A stretch of 64,000 nucleotides of DNA from Branchiostoma floridae (Eukaryota): contig NC_136191.1 of assembly GCF_015852565.1 (NCBI RefSeq), positions 11,848,578 through 11,912,577 on the forward strand, given 5' to 3'. The notes beneath the pieces are model-generated. The model saw only the letters and a list, made by a program, of their open reading frames with translations. It was not told the DNA's origin and ran no database searches. Position numbers and translations under genes: made by a program. This document shows, in pieces, positions 26,061 to 40,400 of this stretch. Positions within the stretch are counted from its first letter, which is position 1. Every line of letters begins with the position of its first letter.

Positions 26061-26389
26061 CGTAGAAAGGTGACCAAGTGTTTTGTAATTGCTTTCCTTG
26101 ATTTTCGCGTGATATGTAAGGAGTTCTTCTGAATTCAGTGTAAAGCGTAATCAGACCAACCACCCATAGGCAGTCATTCTTAGCAGCCTCATGTTTTATC
26201 AGCAACATCTTTTTATTTTATTTTCAAAATGTATTATGCTATTCCAGTACTGGACTCTCGATGGCTGGCTCTAAATTTTTGCTTTCATGTCTTTGCATAT
26301 ATGAGTGAACAAGTCTTTTGTTCTCACATTAAGCCGTTTTTATTTCATGTATTTTGCTTCCGTTCTTGTACAGCAGTGGCCAACATTAA

Positions 26390-28510
26390 CAGTTTAGAGT
26401 TTTGCAAATGTTGATATTGCCGCTGTCATTGGTGTTGAAGTAGCTTGGGGTCTTTTGTTCTTGAAGTCCTGTGGAAAGTTCGCTGCTGAAGGCTGAGGCT
26501 AACGTTCGGACACTTATATCGCGTACTAACACACAAACACGCGCGCACACACACTTTAACACTACATGTAGTAGCACACATTAACATCTAACAGTGGCAC
26601 GTGGCACATTAACGTCTACCACCATCACTCAGCACAGTAACATATTAATACACTATCACTCTGAACAACCGTCTGAGCCTTCTGAAAGCAGCACATAACT
26701 TTTCACATGACTTCAAGTACGGATGGCTTCAAGTTGCCTCCACCAATACACCGGCGATGTCAACATTTGCTAATTCTGAACTGTTATCCACTTTTGTATT
26801 GGAATGGAGACAAAATACGTGAATACACGAGCTTTGAGAGCAAAGGTCTTTCATCATGATGCAAATAGGCTTTTTATATCTTTATATGCTTTAACAAAGC
26901 CATCGACAGTAATGTACGTTTAGCAAAGATGTTTTAGGTAAACAATAGTCTCGCTAGCTAACATGAGTGTTCTACGAATGCCTAGTGTAGAATAAATATA
27001 TGTAAACAAATGCCTGACTAATGTTTTAAGCCCGACCATGAAACAAACATTGCCTTGTGTCCCTGAATGTTACATTATCCAGTTTGCTATATTCGAATGT
27101 ACTTAAAGTTTTAGTCAACAAAAAAGAAAGGTTGCTTTCATCTCTAGCTCACTTCGTATAATGCTCATGTCCAAGCATACTTCGTATAATGCACTTATGT
27201 ACAAGTATTCAACGATTCAATTACTGGATGTATATAACGTTATAGTGCAGATAGACGACGGCAGTTCTGATAACATCTACGATTGTTTGAAGTTGGCAAA
27301 CTTAATTGTGTCGCCACTGGAGTTGGAGTGACTGAAATAAACGAATGTTTGTTTTGTGTCCATTCATTTACATTATCAACAGTGAATAAAGCCTTTTGCT
27401 CTCACTTTGCCTGTCTATTTCTTGTGTTTCGCTTCATTCTTGTACAAGAGTGGCCACATTGTCCTAGAAAGGCAGCAAAACACTTGAATAAAAGTGCTTT
27501 GAGAGCCAAGGTCTTTCTTCGCTGAGATAGACTATATCTTTGATTACGTTACCAAATTGACATTTGAGACGTAGTTCTAATAAAGCCAAGCTTAACTGCT
27601 GTGGTATGTTTAGGATATAAGGAAATGTGGTTGTAAAAAGTGTAGAATAAAGCCTCTATCTTAAGCTCGATTATGTAAACCATGAAACGACCTTGCCTAT
27701 GTTATCAAATACCTTGTACAAGAGTTGTCAACAGTTCGGAATCAAGCAGTGTTGATGTTGTCGTTGGTGTTGAGGTAACTTCAAGTGAGTCTTTGTACTT
27801 GACGGCCTGTGGAAAGTTCGCTGCTGAAGGCTTATATTAGACTGACGTTCTATCACTTGGTGTGTGTACTAGCTTGTGTTAATATCTCGCACGGACACAC
27901 GCATTACACCACACGTTAACATCTAACACCGGCACTTGGCAAATAGTCCACCACCATCACTCAGCACAGTAACATCTTAATACTTAACACTCGGAACACA
28001 ACTATCTTGGCTTTTTTTTTTAAGCAGCGCAATAACTTTTCGCGGAACTTCAAGTACAAATGGCTTCAAGCTATCTCCACCAGCACACCGACGATATATT
28101 AATATTTACGAATTGTAAACTGTTAGCAACTTTTGTCCTTGAGTAGAGGCTTTGAGAGCAAATGTCATTTCTTGGCCCTTCAGGATCTTTTTAGAACAAT
28201 CTTTGTCAGTTTTTTATACTGTTGTCTGAACATATGATCAAGTAAATCATGAAATACTTGAACAATATACTCAGATCTAGATCAATATCATTCACTATGT
28301 ACCCAAATCAAAAATGTGTATGTTGTATATTATCAAATTAATTCATCAGATGGGTGTGCTATTATTAGCCTTTATATTTCTTGTATTTCGCTTTATTCCG
28401 GTACAAGAGTGGCCACCTTGTCCCAGAATGGCAGCAAAATACGTGAATACAAGTGCTGTGAGAGCCAATGTCTTTTTGCTAAAGTTGACTCGGTATATTC
28501 GTTGTCTTAG
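26390..28510. repeat. Roughly 1-kb tandem repeat, about 2.2 copies
   Basis: 26395-26880 aligns with 27745-28180 (tgttgat.ttg.cg.tg...ggtgttga.gta.ct...cctgtggaaagttcgctgctgaaggct...cactcagcacagtaacat.ttaatac...). 27400-27530 aligns with 28370-28500 (ctt.tatttcttgt.tttcgcttt.attc..gtacaagagtggccac.ttgtcc.agaa.ggcagcaaaa.ac.tgaata.aagtgct.tgagagccaa.gtcttt), and also with 26790-26850. Confidence 0.7.
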
Positions 28511-29132
28511 ATAGCCAAATTAATACCAACTATTACGGGCTCAGTTGAACTAAATTTACTAGTGATCAAATCAAGTACAAAATTCAGTGCTGGGTAGTTC
28601 TACACGTACGGCATCTATGTGTGCCATAATGTAGGGTCCACTAAGATGCAATGATTTTCGGAAGATTGTACTGAACAATTTATGCTAATTGGGTAGGGAA
28701 GATGATGAACTGAGACTATTTATACAATTAAATTTGCATAATCAGTTGAAAATACTAAAATCTTCACTAGAAATGGTTAATAAAATTTGTGTGAGGTCGT
28801 GAAACTCTAGTTTTATCTCTGGCACTTTGACTATAGACCGTAAAAAACCGTGCAGCCATGGCAGTAACGTGTCGCCCTGCAGTGGTGACATCATTATTCT
28901 CGCCCACCTCTGGCGTATGACTTAATCAACCTAAGCACGAAATTCCACTGTTGAGTAACCTTGACCATGGTGGTGGTAAGTGAAAGCTCATCATTTTTCT
29001 ACGAGTAAGCACAACAGGAATATGATGGACATGTGTCAACTAAGAAGCTTTAAGGTTATAATGTAGCTACCTTTGCCAGAATGGCTAAGGTTATGTTTTA
29101 GGCTTGTACGTCTGTCTGTCTGTCTGTGTGTG

Positions 29133-29790
29133 AACAGCATAACTCGAGAAGCTTTGGATGGATCCTGATGATATTTGGTAGGTGGGTAGGGGTCGGGAAA
29201 ACAACGGTCAAGTTTCATAATGGGCCCCCTAGCGACTTGCCAAGGTACTGCAGCGGAACTTCCATTTTTGATATCTCGTGTTCTGGACATGCTGTGGTTG
29301 TGATTTTTAAGTGGTAGATAGCCCTTGGAACAGAGAGTAAGTGCTGTGAGTTTGGACCACCTAGTGGCTTTTTTTGGAACTGCAGGCGTCGGTTTCCTTT
29401 CAAACTTTTGATGAGAATAACTCAAGAACGTTTTGACGGATCGCCATGATTTTTGGTATGTAGATAGAATGAGTGATGACTTACATAATGAGATACTGAT
29501 TATGCAAATCAACAGCTAATTTGCATAATTAATGAGGAAAGTTTATAAAGTCACTTCATTCCATGATAGAACTTTCAAACTTGTCACGTATGTAGCTGGA
29601 AAGGAGAGAAATGTCGATAGATATCTATTATGCAAATTACGACCTCATTTGCATAACTAATTAGAAAATATGAACGCATTGATGAATCGTCATGATTTTT
29701 GGTATGTAGAAAGCCTTAAGTAAAGACTTACATAATGAGACACCAATTACATAAATTATCAGCTAAGTTTCATAATTAATGAGAAAAGTT
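29133..29790. repeat. Three adjacent copies of a short interspersed repeat family (additional copies at about 37470-37560 and 41215-41345)
   Basis: A shared core ...ataactc(a/g)agaa(g/c)(c/g)tt.ggatgga(t/c)c.tgatgatatttggta(t/g)gt(a/g)g... appears at 29133-29250, 29407-29530, 29660-29790, 37478-37560 and 41218-41345. Several copies are followed by an ...attatgcaaat...ttgcataattaatga... segment. Confidence 0.5.
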
Positions 29791-30158
29791 CATGAATTCA
29801 CTGCATTCTGTGATAGGATTTTCAAAGTTGTCACGTTAGTAACTGAGAAAGAGGGAAGAGAGCAAAAGGTGTATGTTTGGGTCCCCTGGCTGAAGCTTCT
29901 TTTTTGGAATTGCAGGAACCGGTTTAGTTTCAACCTTTGAAAGAGAATAAGTCAAGAAGGGATGAAAGGATCATCATAATTTTCTTCTTCTTCTTCTTTG
30001 GAAGCCCACGTTCATCGTGTTGAACATTATGGCTTTTGAGGTGCACGTGCGCGTCGGTTTACTCCTAATAATATCAATCATGATCCGTAACTCATCTGTC
30101 CAAAATTACCATGCCAGGTCCGTCACCATAGTGCTGACCGGGGTTGTAATGACTTGGA

Positions 30159-30383
30159 TTATTCCGCGGCAGCCAGCGACTTGAAGATGGTAAAAGTCGC
30201 TGCCTCCACGGTGCTGCTTTGAAGAGCGTTCCAGTCTCTAATTGTCCTGGGTAGAAATGAACCACTTCGGTACTGGGTTCTAGTGTTTATCCTCTTCAGT
30301 TGTCGGCTATGCGCCCTCCTCTGCCTTGCAGGTGCTGAGACCAATTTTTGGTATGCTGATAGCTTAAGTGATGCTTGATACAA
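30159..30383 (-). mobile_element. Truncated 3' end of a non-LTR (LINE-like) retrotransposon ORF2
   Basis: The minus-strand ORF ends ...SGSFLPRTIRDWNALQSSTVEAATFTIFKSLAAAE. The (S)FFPRTIRDWN(S/A)LP ... (S)FK tail is a conserved C-terminal signature found in many invertebrate LINE ORF2 and hypothetical RT proteins. No upstream RT domain remains, so this is a fragment. Confidence 0.5.
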
Positions 30384-30959
30384 TTTGATATCAATTATGT
30401 AAATTGGGATCTGATGTGCATGATTTGTGGCAAAATTTTATAAACCAACTCCAGGCATATGAAATGAAATGTAATGAGTAACACATTTATGTCTACAGAC
30501 ATCATTCTACATAACAAACCTGGTTTGTTTGGCAAAGGTACATGTATGTGTTCGTGGAACTCTAGTTTGTACATGTGGTGGTCTCTTACAAATTTCAGCC
30601 CAGTCCTTTTGAGACGAGTTTTAATTTTTCAGGGAAAACTATCAAGGTTAGGCAAACACGGTACTGACAATGTCCTTCCTCAACATTCTTGAACAGATTG
30701 AAGTATATAACCTGGCCCTGTACCCCTCGTGATGTGTGCGGGATGTGTCAGTTTACAGGATGGAAAGTGTCCGGTCCTTGTACATTCAACAAACTAAACC
30801 TGAAATTTGATGAGAACCCAAATAAACATGCTGAGGGCCAAGTTCAAATCTTATAATCACATCTTCCACCTGCCACTCACGGAACAGGTGCCAGATGTCA
30901 GCACCAACTATGGCCTTGGACATGACGAAACTGGGCTGTACTTTGTCTTTGGTTCTATA

Positions 30960-31320
30960 TTCTTGGAAACGTTAACAGCAGGCCAGTGTTAGAAACATTT
31001 AAACCACTGTTTGACAAATATTTGTACCTTAGCTCTCGTGCTTTACTTTCGACTAGTGTCTGACGATAGGTATGTACATTCTTGGAAACGATAAACGTTA
31101 ACAGCAGGCCAGTGTTAGAAACATTTATACACCACTGTTTGACAAATATTTCCACCTTGGTTCCCGGCTCTTTACTTTCGACTAGTGTCTGAAGATGGGC
31201 ATGTACATTCTTGGAAACGATAAACGTTAACAGCAAAGCAGTGTTAGAAACATTTATACACCACTGTTTGACAAATATTTCCTCCTTGGTTCCCGGTTCT
31301 TTACTAGTGTCTAAGATGGG
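30960..31320. repeat. Roughly 120-bp tandem repeat x 3
   Basis: The unit tacattcttggaaacgataaacgttaacagcaggccagtgttagaaacatttatacaccactgtttgacaaatatttccaccttggttcccggctctttactttcgactagtgtctgaagatgggcatg repeats with minor changes. The minus-strand ORF 30955-31338, which has an internally repeated peptide, is an artefact of this repeat. Confidence 0.8.
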
Positions 31321-34300
31321 TATGGTGATTGAGGTCAATGCCTAATGAATGGAAACGGTAACGTCAACTGGGGGTTGCTGTGAAAGTACTACTAATATAT
31401 ATTTTTCGCTAGCTAGCTTTTGCTAACACAATTGTCATTTCTTTCAAGGTAAAAGAAAGTGTAGAACAACCCAGACTAACCTAAGATTTCAAAATCATTG
31501 TGGATTATATGTGAAAACAATCCGATGATCCATGGCGATTTGCACAGGAAGACGTTGTCTTGGACTGTGGTAGTTGGCCAGCGGTTTATGCGGTATTTTT
31601 TTTTTACAAAATGGGAATCTAACCTAAACGGGCTTCAAACATCTAGCCTTCTACTCGAGATATCAGTGCACGTTTTTATAAAGTTTGACCATACTGTATC
31701 TTAAGCTTCTAGTGCGGGGTCAAACCTGGTATCGCTAGAAAGGTCTATCTCCGAGTAATTGTAATCTGAAAACCATTTTTAAGTGTTAGCGTTTGCATAA
31801 AATCTACAATCTAAATATTTCATGGAGGTATGAGGTCGTCGAACCCTAGTTAAAAAAACAGATCTTTGGGGTAAATGCATTTTAGCTTACATACGTAAAG
31901 AATTGCTCATTTCAGTCATGGATACTGTTCTTACCACCGCAGATCTGCTTGGAGATGGATTGGCTGGATCTACCGGATTGGAGTGAACCATGCTATATTT
32001 GCTTGCAAATGTTCCCTATCTACTGAGTATAATTGCCTAATGCTGGCAACAATTTTCGGTATCACTAACAAAATAGTGTGTCTGACTACTGTGCATCAGA
32101 CTACTGTGCATCATCTTGTGTGCATCGTCTGATGCCCCTTTATGTCCCATGGGACCAGTGCACGGAGCTGTGCCCTCCAATCAACCCGCGTGACCCGGAG
32201 GTTAATAGGTACGTCCTCGAATTACCAGGGTGCAACGCGACACTCTGGCCAGGATCAGGACAGTCGTAGATACAAAGCTTTAAAGGTGTATATATAGATA
32301 ATTCGAAACAACTAGTAGTATTCAGCGAGATATTTTCACTCTTATTGACGTAGGATTGTGCTCCCTGTGTGCTTTTTTGATATGCGAATATTTTTTGTAA
32401 CTCTATAATAAAACTACGTGTCCTGACACTATAGTTAAGATGATCGAAACATCAATTAGACACTTTTTCTACCTACCCCGATCTTCAATGTGTTCTTTAT
32501 TTCATCAGTCAAGACTATGCTGACAGGTGTTCCTGGTTCAAAACAACGTTTCCTTTTCCTACCCTTTAAAGTGATTGGGTTTAGCATTTCATCACACATA
32601 GACCACAGTCAAATCCGGTTAGACTCCAGTCAAGTAGAGGCTTTGTGTTCAACATAAGGACTGAAAGTCAGCGTGGTAAGGAAACCATCATGCGCTGCGT
32701 TAAAACAAACCCCCTCAAACCGTCTGTGACAGGCAGACAGCGTTTCCGCCACCCCGTTGAAGGTTATTCGGAAGGTGCTAAATCTTGGTCTAAGTCAAAA
32801 CATGATATTCTATTTTACTCGAGTCAAAGATCCCGTCTACGATTGATCAAGTCCAGGTTTGAAACCGCTACGCTATGGACATTCTGCTGAGTGCTTAGGT
32901 CTTGGGGTTGAGGGAAGAAAGAGCGTACGCGTGATTATTGTACAGTTATCCTCGCCCTTTGACAAATTCTCCGTCTCATAGTGCGAAAGGCATTCCAAAC
33001 CAATTAGTACGGGATCGGTACGATTACTTGACATTCTGTCTTCTTTATTTTTCTTGAGGGTATCGCCTGTGGGAACCACCTAACTATCCCCTACCACATG
33101 TATCCAATTCTGTCCCTGGTAGCTGGAACATTGCTGTTGAAGCCCAACACCCAGATGGTTTAAGTCCTTTGACATATTCGTGAGGCACTGATTTATTCTC
33201 AGAACGTTCACGGTCACTGTAATTGGCAAACAAAGCACTCGAAGAAAGCCCGCGTCAGAACAACAGGAGAAAGCCACTCTGAATTAAGACTCTGGGTCGT
33301 CTTGCTCCAACGCATCTTTCCATATAGCAGACATTCGTCTTGTAGTTTACCTCCGCTGCCTGCAGCATAATCCTTCATACTTGATCTAAGTACAGACTTC
33401 GACTGAGTTCAAGGGAAGGGTGCCTCGCGTAGCCCGGCCGCCCGACATACTTAATCTATTTGGTCTGGAGCAGACCCACAGTTCTAACACCCACCAGGCC
33501 ACTAGAAGAACCTGTTTCTCGTCCTTGATTGACGTTTTCCAAAACAAGCACTTCAGGAGCTTACACATAGTCCCGGGGAAGCAAAGTAGGGGTTCAACTC
33601 TTCCTCTATGTTAACATCACGCTCTCTCCCGGGCCAGGAATCGTTAGACTGGAAGTCTACAATATACAGATTCGGCATTACGGGAGATGTCTCCTAATTT
33701 TGATGACGTCATTTGTGCACCGGAAGTGACGATACTGTCAGGTTCAAGACTCGAAGATTTTCGATGTCAGAATTATTGATGACAAGAATGCAAATGTTCG
33801 CATAACTAATAATGGTTTACTCTCACTATGTAAAGAAACTGAATAGATAAAGATTAGATAGACAAATAGATGTTAGAAACTTGTCCACAAAAGTAACAGG
33901 CATTTCATTTGTAGGACGATTTGTCACGGTACATAACTGTGTAAACATTACGTACAATGTTATTAAAGCTTCTGTAACTCCTGCTGCAAAAATCTTTGCT
34001 CTCGTGGTACCCCCAACGCTCAACTGTATCGAAGTCGCCCAGTCCTGCCATAGGAGACTTTCAACAGTACAGCCTGTGGGAGATGAAGCTAGCCCAGGCC
34101 TACCAGACGACACAAGGGCTTGTTCAGGACTCTACTTCCAAATCACGGTCGACGTCTGAGTCGACGTTTTGCAACGACCTGACGACGTTTGCTGGTGCTT
34201 GTAGCGGAAGGCGTTTTTAGGCGAAACACCGGTGATTTTCCTAGAACATCGGCGGGCGAGACTTAAAGAAGTGTACGAGAGATTTTTGGACTTTCATTCA

Positions 34301-34458
34301 TACATGACTGAGTCTGTACCCCGCATACTGAGTGTACACCACCTATACCAGCTGGTTCTCAGGGCGTGTTGTTTGGGGCGTTGACAACTACAAAGGAGTC
34401 TGGGTTTGTGAGAAAGGGACAAATCGCCTGTAGTGGACCTTATCGCGAAAGGACAACA

Positions 34459-37400
34459 ATGAGAACGGAGATGATACTCATAAGAACCACATTGTTGCTG
34501 CTGGTGACTCTGGTTGTGTTGAACGTATCGTGTGTGGGGTCTACCAAGGCGCAGCGCAAGTCCACGAACGGATACCAGGGAGGGACCAGGTAAGATTTCA
34601 TATGAATGTGATATAACGTTACATGCAGTTATTAGTATTACCAAGCAAACGTAACGAAGTGTGTTCAAGCGCAACATTGTAGAGAGTCAATGGTAATGAT
34701 GCTCAGGTGCAGATGTGAATGCGTGATATCAGCATGTCTAATTGTCTCCTGAATCACTCCTTGTAATAGCGTGGGCCCATGAGTGTTGCCCAGGTCACGT
34801 ACCCTTTGTAGAGTCGAACACACACGACCGTAATTTTTCTGCACTCAATCTGTCTCGAAAGTGTTTGCACGTGTCCAAAGCTTTGTGTATCATCAGATGC
34901 AACAATCGGTCCTTTGTGTACGCCCATGAAAACCTTAGCTGTGTCCTTTAAGAATCAGTTGGCTGGTTGAATATTATGTACTGGTTGCTACCCCCTGTTC
35001 CTATGTTTTTTAACTGTAAGACATGATGCCTCTGTCGGATAATATGAGGGTGATTGCTAAAGATACCGAAGACAAGGTTGTGAACCTGACTTTGAAAATG
35101 TCTACACGTTAGGTACGAAGCACACTGCACTGCATTATTATTGCTCTCACGCCCATCCCGTCCCTACCATTACATGGGTGTCGGGGATAGCACACAGCGT
35201 ACCGCACCTCGGCACGGCAGGAATTCTTACAGACTTGACTCTGGCCCGTGGATGGCATGTTAGGATGTGTGTATGGCGGCATGGCGACTACTCCTGTACT
35301 TTTCAGACACAGCCTCAAAAGTAACCATACAACACGCAGAGCCGTTTCCAGAAACATCACGTATTTAGGGGGAGCTCCGAGAATGTCTGTCAGATGGTCC
35401 TGTGCAATATTGAACAGTGATGGTGATTAACTTAAACAGTTATCCCCACGGGACAACAACGCAGGAAAATTGCAAGATCATAATGTTTTTTTTAACATTC
35501 CTTTGCGTTAACGTTGTCCTTGATTCGTTTGTGGCGACAGAAGACCTTGTCACCACGCCACTTGTATCCCTATGCCACTTTGTAATCCTGTTTTATCTGG
35601 CATGGGGACTTCGGATGAATTATGTCCACTATAACTACCAATAAACTACCTAATGAGACCAATTGCAAGCCCGCCTCTAGACACTACACAAACAGAAGGT
35701 GCTAGCCCGTCCCCTGTTTAACCTGAAGGTAATGCCTTGAACCATGACATGTTAATCTAACACAGTTGTTCCACAACCCTTACTTCCACAAACGTTATCT
35801 AATAAAGGGTTAATGCCCCGCCCCGAGGTGTATATGGTGAGATAATCCCTGGTCAGGTGCGATAACCACCGAATAAACCACCGAGTGAGCGTAGCGAACG
35901 AGGTGGTTTATGAGGTGGTTATCGCACCTGACCAGGGATTATCTCACCATATACACCGAGGAAAAGGCGGGGCATTAACGTTATTATCATATAGCCTATT
36001 CAACTGACACATATAGCCTATCCAACTGACACAGGGCGTTTTCTGCGTGTTTACTGTAGCAACCTGCGGATGACCGCGGGTGACCCCCGGTAGAACGCCC
36101 GTTCTGTTCGATCACGTCAGATCGAACAAGATTCGTGTTCTAATACCCCGAATAGAAGTCAAATTTGACCATCGGGCTTGTTTAGTGGGGGTGTTGAAAG
36201 TCATGTTCAATCTTTTTCTATTTAAAAATCATTGATATCTTTTTAATTGTGTTGTAGTTTAACATAAATTGTTCGAAATAATGTACAGTACGCTGTTTAA
36301 TAGATATAATCGATAAATACTTAAGACTAGTATTAGCGTCCTGTCCCCTCTATAATGGTGCGGTCCAAAAAGTGGTCGGTTATTCTAATAACCGACCACT
36401 TTTCAGGTTACTGCCTGATAACCCATAGGAAATGGGGGCCTCTGATTGGTCAACTCCATCTGGCTATATGATAATACATCTTAGATGTCAACATCTTAGT
36501 GATATCCATTGCATATACATGACCTTCCGTGAGCTAGACATCCTTGTCTGAGCCGTGAAGCCGACATATTTTGATATGGTGTTTACTTTTGAGCCGTCAA
36601 CCCAACGTGCAAGTGTAATTATGACATCTGAAATCTTATACGATGCTGTTTATTAAGAAGATCACTATTATAAGTGACATGGCTTTAGGTTAAAATGTCA
36701 TGCCCATAGTACCCAATAGACACTGTGAGCATTCTGGCTACTTTCCGGTTTAGATTAGTACATAGACAGAAGGCCAGGTATAAGGTAAAACGAACTCCTC
36801 CTGGACATGTGTTTTCTGTTATACGTGCTTGTGCTATCTTTGTAATACCTGTGAGAACAAATTATGGCCACGGCCAGTTCTAGAGAGCTAAGTATGTCTT
36901 GTCCGCTCTTGCATCACTTGTCTGGAGGTGCCTTGGCAGCGATTATTTCTGATTAACAGTCTTGTCGCCATAGTCGTGTATGGATGGAGAATGTCACGGC
37001 TTGTAACATTGATAAATAGACAGAATCTGTTAGATGATAGATAAAGTCAGAAACAGTCACCTGCGATCACCTGTATACACTGAGCTGCAGGTGCAAGTTA
37101 TTTTCCTCACACCCTGTAAATCTAACCCTTGTAGCATGTCTATTTAAAATCCATTATGTAAGCTTTTAATCATGCTGAAGTCAGACAGGTGGCACTGACA
37201 GTTCAAGGTGAACAGGAAGATGGCGACTTTGCTGCGGGCAGTCCTCTTTGGACTTTTTTAGTTTGTATGTATTGAATAAACGTGGTGCATATTCATGATA
37301 CTTAACATTGATTTAATCGGTTCAGAATGTCATCAATAGAATGAAGTGCTTCAGAAAACGTGCTAAGAGTTGAGGTCGCGTAGTAACTTGTTAATTACCT

Positions 37401-40400
37401 TCGCCAAGAAGGCACGAAGATTTTGTTTTCGGCGTCGTTTGCATGTGTGTTTGCTTGTACATGTATGTGTGTAAATGACCAACATAACTCAAGAATTGCT
37501 GGATGCGGATTGTGTCGATATTTAGTATTAGTATAGGGCAGGTCTTGCTTTTTATGTAAAATGATGCAAACATGTTATGGACTTCAATAAGCCAAGATCT
37601 GTGCAAAAATAAGACTTTTCAGTGTACCAATCACAGCTTAACCCTATCCAGGCTGAAGTAAGGTATGCAACATCACATCTTAAACGTTTTGCTGAGGAGG
37701 AAAAGAAGCTTATGGCGTCTGGTGTGTGGTTTTACCCGGCGGCTAGGCGGAAAGGAATCTTGGGAAAGGGGAAGTCTTATATTTTGTTTACAACTGATGA
37801 TAACCAGTTGAAAGACGTGCTGTATTCGTAAGGCATGTTGCCTGTCTGTAGGGGAAGGTACTTAGGTGGTGAGGGATATATCATGATCACAACAGTAGGG
37901 TGAATACCTGCTGGCCAAGTTGTTTCAGATGATAGGTCTGTGCAATACTGAAGGGTATTGTCAAGTGTTTGAATTTTGATTTACTGTACATTTTACAGGC
38001 CAAGGTTTCTAAAGATCAACAGATTAGGAAATATCTAGGCCAAAGGACGAACTGTGCACTGCTAGCAGTGGTGGTCCAAATGATGTATGGTGGTTTACAA
38101 ATTTGTAGTCGGCTGTGGCTTTGCGAGCTCAGCTTGCTAAACGCTAATTAGAAAGTAGTGGCGCTTTGCACGCCAATTTTTCGGTCTGCTTGAAACAAGG
38201 CTGGACAAAGTAATCGAAACGCTCTCCAGGCTTAGCTACGCTTGTTAACGGTGGTGCGAGGATAATTTGGGGCAAGGCTGTGTCAAAACGTTTATGTTGG
38301 AAACTTCTTTTTTCTATAGTGGTAAGAAAAGAACAAAGCTTTCTGGCATAGTCTACACTATAAACAGAGTAACTATACCGGTGTCTTGAAAATGGTCGTT
38401 AGTGTGTGTCTTAAAAGCATTCCACAGTGTGTTTAAGGGACCTCGGAATGCATAGGAATGCATATGTCTATACATAAATATTTCTGTATTTATACATTCA
38501 TGGAAATGTGATCCAATATTTAAGCAATCCAGACCTCACAGACTGGTTTAATAGAAATGTTCATTAGAATTTGTTTGACAAGACTGCAGCTGGGCAAGTC
38601 GGCCATTTTGGGGTCGAACTGTATGTGTCGGTCGAAGTTGTAGCGGTTGCAAAGCCTGTACCGAAGTTGCGAAGCCTGTCCGGACGTGTCCTAGGCTTCG
38701 CAATCGGTCTATTGTGTGTATTATAACGTTGCACTTCAGATTAAACAAAGGTTGGAAAAGCCACTTGCTGAACACTTAAGTTCAAGGGTGTCTGGCAGTC
38801 GTCCCAGAGTCATGCTTCAGGACTGACAGAGACTGATAACGGGATCACCGCCCGCGCGCCTTGCAGTTATTACTACATCCCCAGCCGACAGACAACCTCA
38901 ACAGTCATCAAGCAGGCGAGGTCGCAACGTTATCTCACATCTTGTACTGGTCTCGGCTTATCTCGTGATTGAAAGACTGTAAGTTCTCATTCATCCGCCG
39001 GCTCCAACGTGTGTGGTGACGCGGTGAGAGGTAGCAGCAGACAGCACATGTCAGGTGCACGGACGAACCGCGATTGCGTGCGGATCCGGCAAGCCGAGAA
39101 GCGGGTCGGTTTTGTTATAGGGTTCGACCCGACACCTCGGATACCCCTCGTTTGTTTCACGACATCGTCTGAATACCGTATCAGTCTATTCCTGATGACC
39201 TGATCACATGCAGTTGTCATGCGTTACACAGTCGCCGCCTGCTTTCATTCATAACTTCTGTTTATACTATAGTGTATAATCAACAACAACAATCTCTTCA
39301 GATGAATTTGAATCCGCAATATTTGACGATGAAAATTATGTGGTATCAATCTTAGTTTACAAACATGTCAATTGTTACTTTAACTAAATTATTTTGTCTT
39401 AAAGCTGACTGCGATCAGTTCAAAGCCCATCATGAACTAGTATATAAATTGTATTGACGCTATCGTTATTATGAATTCTGGTTCTAAAGTAACTAGGTTC
39501 TAAAGTAACTAGTCACTGCTGTCGCACGCTGATTACCTTCTGAGTAAACGTTCTCCAACTGCGAGGCAAAAAGCAGGCTCTTTGACACGCTACAACAAGC
39601 GGTTCTGTGAGAAACTCGATCAGGGTCAAGACGCCAGAATAGAGCTTCTTTAACTGTAGGCCACCCAGGGGAAAGTGAAGTTCGCTGAGTGACACCGGGA
39701 GCACGGCCTTTCTGGAGACCCTCACAGTAAACACAACTGTCGGGAGAGATGCCGGGGCCTCCCGGGCCGGTCGTCTTGCTGTCCCGGCTGTCTTCTGTCC
39801 GTCCGTCACCATCTCATCACCTTGAAACCAGTAAATAAATGGTGGTGCTTCGGAAGGGACTTGGACCTGGTGAATCCTTACCTCTTTTCGGAGCTCTGAC
39901 GGTCACAACGAAAAACTAGACTGGGGGAAATCTACGGAGCCTCTCATGCTTTGATATTTGGAGTCTGCTTTTAGATGTCTGATTTAAGTAGCTCAGAACA
40001 ACACGGTTGCTTCTAGACAATCCCACCATCTACCGACAAACTGCAAATGAATTCATGTTTCTTGAGCTAAACGTGCAAAAACAGCCCTGAAAATGTCATT
40101 GAATTCTAAACCCATACGGATTTGTGCCAGTTAAAACCAGAGATATAGCTTGACTACTGACTTAGCTTGACATGCTAGAGTTTATGGTCACGTGACACAA
40201 TGCTGCCACGATCGTAAGGAGTAAAGGCCTCGTAAATCCCAGGCTGTAGCTGCCAGAACCCGGATGTTCGTCTATCGCCATGACGCAACTATTGGGACTG
40301 TGGGATCCTAGGAATGTCAGGATTTATTGCAGGGGGTGACACTACATTCAATTACACATCCAGAGCGTGTTAGGGCGACACTGACCTTGTATCTCTTGTG

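Noticed and set aside
30955-31338. 127-aa minus-strand ORF with an internally duplicated peptide
   Set aside because: It coincides exactly with a 120-bp x 3 tandem repeat and has no independent coding evidence.
35990-36130. Possible small structured RNA or tRNA near the large palindrome
   Set aside because: I could not place a cloverleaf, T-loop (GTTCGAATC-like) or anticodon arm by eye. The local palindrome gttcgatcacgtcagatcgaac is just a small hairpin.
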